DNA of 64,000 bases, taken from assembly GCA_964016885.1 (NCBI GenBank), contig OZ024740.1, forward strand, positions 75,888,001-75,952,000, read 5' to 3'. The notes beneath the pieces were generated by a model that saw nothing but the letters and a program-made list of their open reading frames with translations, did not search any database and was not told the DNA's origin. Position numbers and translations under genes: made by a program. Source of the stretch: Eledone cirrhosa (taxonomy: Eukaryota). Position 1 is the stretch's first letter, and each line of letters opens with the position of its first letter. Shown in pieces: positions 59,805 to 64,000 of the stretch.

Positions 59805-59897
59805 ATATATATATTTGAAGAAGAAAAAGGACAGAAATCTATAATATCAGTTAATCAACCAAATTTGGGAGAAGCTCCACCTGAAATATTAAATTAA
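59805..59897 (+). CDS. GLB1L2: Beta-galactosidase-like terminal coding exon
   Basis: Long polypyrimidine tract + GCAG|; IYIFEEEKGQKSIISVNQPNLGEAPPEILN*, matching the GH35 C-terminal I.IFE...P.LG; phase 0 fits exon 4. Confidence 0.88.
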   Translation: MYIFEEEKGQKSIISVNQPNLGEAPPEILN

Positions 59898-60309
59898 TTT
59901 ACTTCAAGAAACATTTTTCAAGACTACCAATAATTTCTTTCATATATTTTTGTCTTCTTTGTGCATTCATATAAAAATAGAAAGAGAGAGAGAAAGTGTG
60001 TGTGTATCTGAGCATGCTGTAGCAGAGCTCGAGGTTGGGGGACATTGTGGAAGTCTTATCTAATAAGCTCTTGTGGTCAAGTGCTTTGAATTTTTCACGA
60101 GGGAATTCAAAAATCACCCTGTGATGCACAAACTCTAGATGCATCACCAGGGAGAAATAATCTTTTTTTAAACATATTTATTTATTTTTTAAATAAGAAA
60201 AATATCTCAGAAATTTCAGTACAAAATGATAGAGAAAGTAAAAATATATTTGTACATGTAATTTGATTGCCACAGAATGGTGATGAATATAGCAACTTTG
60301 AAAAGATAT

Positions 60310-64000
<3,691 letters not shown>

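Noticed and set aside
60117-60152. Hairpin in the putative 3' UTR (SECIS or other element)
   Set aside because: No SECIS geometry, and no in-frame UGA in the visible exons; a short stem could be chance.

Overview
Eukaryotic, very AT-rich, repeat-saturated animal DNA. The SINE/LINE repertoire and huge (TA)n arrays point to an octopod cephalopod (inference). The only host gene is the 3' part of a GH35 beta-galactosidase (GLB1L2/GLB1L3-like) on the + strand: five short exons at 33522-59897 that splice in frame. Positions 1-33521 appear to be one giant intron. The introns hold at least three RTE/BovB-type LINE families (two long intact ORFs) with a PHD-like C4HC3 finger inside the RT. They also hold a CR1/L2-group LINE; Tx1, R4/Dong and CRE fragments; tRNA-derived SINEs; an internally inverted mariner; and a mini-Helitron. 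Most of the young RTE copies and the CR1/L2 and mariner copies abut kilobase-scale interrupted (TA)n arrays. The main hidden signal is ten sequence-diverse type I hammerhead ribozyme motifs, found and folded by eye. They sit in short Penelope-like islands, several next to near-perfect fold-back repeats, and seven are in the sense of the host pre-mRNA. The long IY/YI-rich ORFs are microsatellite artefacts.
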